Shown piece by piece: positions 62,664 through 64,000 of a stretch of DNA of 64,000 nucleotides. Both the position numbers and the translations under genes were made by a program. The notes under the pieces were generated by a model that saw only the letters and a program-made list of their open reading frames with translations, did not search any database and was not told the origin of the DNA. Source of the stretch: Gammaproteobacteria bacterium (GTDB lineage Bacteria; Pseudomonadota; Gammaproteobacteria; Eutrophobiales; Eutrophobiaceae); contig CBDCTH010000004.1 in NCBI GenBank assembly GCA_965222155.1, forward strand, positions 192,001-256,000, written 5' to 3'. Every line of letters starts with the position of its first letter. Position 1 is the stretch's first letter.

Positions 62664-63062
62664 ATGTCAGAGAATCAAGATTTAACTCCGCAGGAGAAGA
62701 AAGAGCTGGATGCAAAAGAAGAGAAGACCTATGCCGGAAAATTTTATTTGCCCGGTACGGATATCTTCGAAACCGGTGATGCGATCACCATGGCAATGGA
62801 AATGCCCGGTGTAAGCAAAGAGAGTATTGATATCAAGCTGGAGAAGCGCCGGCTTTCGGTGCAGGGCCATATTGATTTCAATAGTTATGAAAACTTCAAG
62901 CCGGTCTATACGGAATACAACGTCGGCCACTACAGCCGCAGTTTTGCCCTGTCCAGTGAGATCGACACGGATAATATTAATGCCAGTGTTGCCGACGGCG
63001 TGTTGACCCTGGTGCTGCCGAAAGCCAGGGAAACCCAGCTCAGGAAGATCCAGGTCAACTGA
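62664..63062 (+). CDS. Hsp20 small heat shock protein
   Basis: DIFET, EMPGV, YSRSF, DGVLTLVLPK. Confidence 0.95.
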   Translation: MSENQDLTPQEKKELDAKEEKTYAGKFYLPGTDIFETGDAITMAMEMPGVSKESIDIKLEKRRLSVQGHIDFNSYENFKPVYTEYNVGHYSRSFALSSEIDTDNINASVADGVLTLVLPKARETQLRKIQVN

Positions 63063-63097
63063 GGAACAGGCTGACTGGCGGCGGCAGCTAAACCGGA

Positions 63098-63127
63098 ACG
63101 CAGAGACGCACTGGTGCGTCTCTGCGT
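63098..63127. terminator. Strong hairpin (REP-like or terminator)
   Basis: ACGCAGAGACGCAC-TG-GTGCGTCTCTGCGT after hsp20. Confidence 0.55.
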
Positions 63128-63224
63128 ATCTTGCGGCCGTTCCAGCCGGCGTTTTTCGGGAACCCTGACGCGCCGTTTAATTATTTTACAAAGGATATCC
63201 GTTTATCCGTACAATAACCGGTAA

Positions 63225-64000
63225 ATGTCAAACAGATCCGAGATTCTCCGACTTAAATCATTCATCTCCCGGCATATCATAGGCCAGCAGAAACTGGTGG
63301 AAAGACTGCTGATGGCCTTACTCGCTGATGGACATCTACTGGTTGAGGGCGCACCAGGCCTGGCCAAGACCCGGGCCATCAAAGTCCTGGGTGACGGCAT
63401 CAAAGCGGATTTTCACCGGGTTCAATTCACGCCTGACCTGCTGCCCGCAGACTTGACCGGTACCGAGATCTACCGCCCCCAGGATGGCACTTTCCAGTTC
63501 CAGCGCGGTCCTCTGTTTCATAACCTGATCCTGGCAGACGAAGTAAACCGGGCGCCGGCAAAAGTCCAGTCGGCATTGCTGGAAGCAATGGCCGAGAGGC
63601 AGATCACCGTCGGCAGGGAAACCTACCCGTTGCCGCAACTGTACCTGGTCATGGCAACGCAAAACCCCATCGAGCAGGAAGGCACCTATCCTTTGCCGGA
63701 GGCGCAGCTTGACCGGTTTCTGTTACACGTCGAGATTACCTACCCGGAAGCGGAAGACGAACTGGCAATCCTGGAACTGGCCAGGCGGGAGGCCCGGCAA
63801 GGTTATGACCCGACGGAATTATCACCCGTGACCCAGGAGGCCGTGTTTGCTGCCCGTAACGAGGCGTTGGATACCTACATGGCCGGGAACCTTGAGCAGT
63901 ACCTGATCCAGGTGGTGCTGGCGACACGCAACCCGGGCGCTTATGGTGACGACCTTGCCCAGTGGCTGCAGTACGGGGCCAGCCCCCGCGCAACCATCGC
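63225..64000 (+). CDS. MoxR family AAA+ ATPase (runs off the window)
   Basis: EGAPGLAKT, RVQFTPDLLPAD, DEVNRAP, ATQNPIEQEGTYPLPEAQLDRF. Confidence 0.95.
   Translation, partial: MSNRSEILRLKSFISRHIIGQQKLVERLLMALLADGHLLVEGAPGLAKTRAIKVLGDGIKADFHRVQFTPDLLPADLTGTEIYRPQDGTFQFQRGPLFHNLILADEVNRAPAKVQSALLEAMAERQITVGRETYPLPQLYLVMATQNPIEQEGTYPLPEAQLDRFLLHVEITYPEAEDELAILELARREARQGYDPTELSPVTQEAVFAARNEALDTYMAGNLEQYLIQVVLATRNPGAYGDDLAQWLQYGASPRATI

Noticed and set aside
63024-63036. 13-nt match (GCCAGGGAAACCC) between the MmeI insert's reverse complement and hsp20
   Set aside because: Too short and does not extend; compatible with chance.

Overview
Bacterial chromosomal DNA, probably gammaproteobacterial (sigma32-type promoter, TonB receptor, REP-like repeats). 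All calls come from manual motif recognition, with no searches run. The backbone is aromatic-compound catabolism: an FAD monooxygenase; a TonB receptor-nitrilase-AraC unit; a marR-amidase-AOR-boxC-boxB operon divergent from an hcrCAB-like molybdoenzyme operon; UbiD; an aromatic-acid MFS transporter; and an hpa meta-cleavage cluster. Housekeeping and transport genes include argB, ppk2, tupBC, two hsp20 and moxR. Between these sit about ten intact or decayed toxin-antitoxin modules, a dead IS1380 element with related MITEs, several REP-like palindrome families, a frameshifted MmeI-like R-M gene and other defence remnants. Highlights: (1) boxBC lacks adjacent boxA/boxD and is instead coupled to a tungsten-type AOR and an HcrCAB-like enzyme whose catalytic Glu appears to be Gln. 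(2) A 34-bp duplication plus 31-bp unique insert inside the MmeI gene resembles off-target CRISPR spacer integration. (3) A solitary type I-E CRISPR repeat. (4) A secreted hydrolase with a tannase/MHETase-like CS...HC motif. (5) A TA module lying between two diverged copies of a host gene's 3' end.
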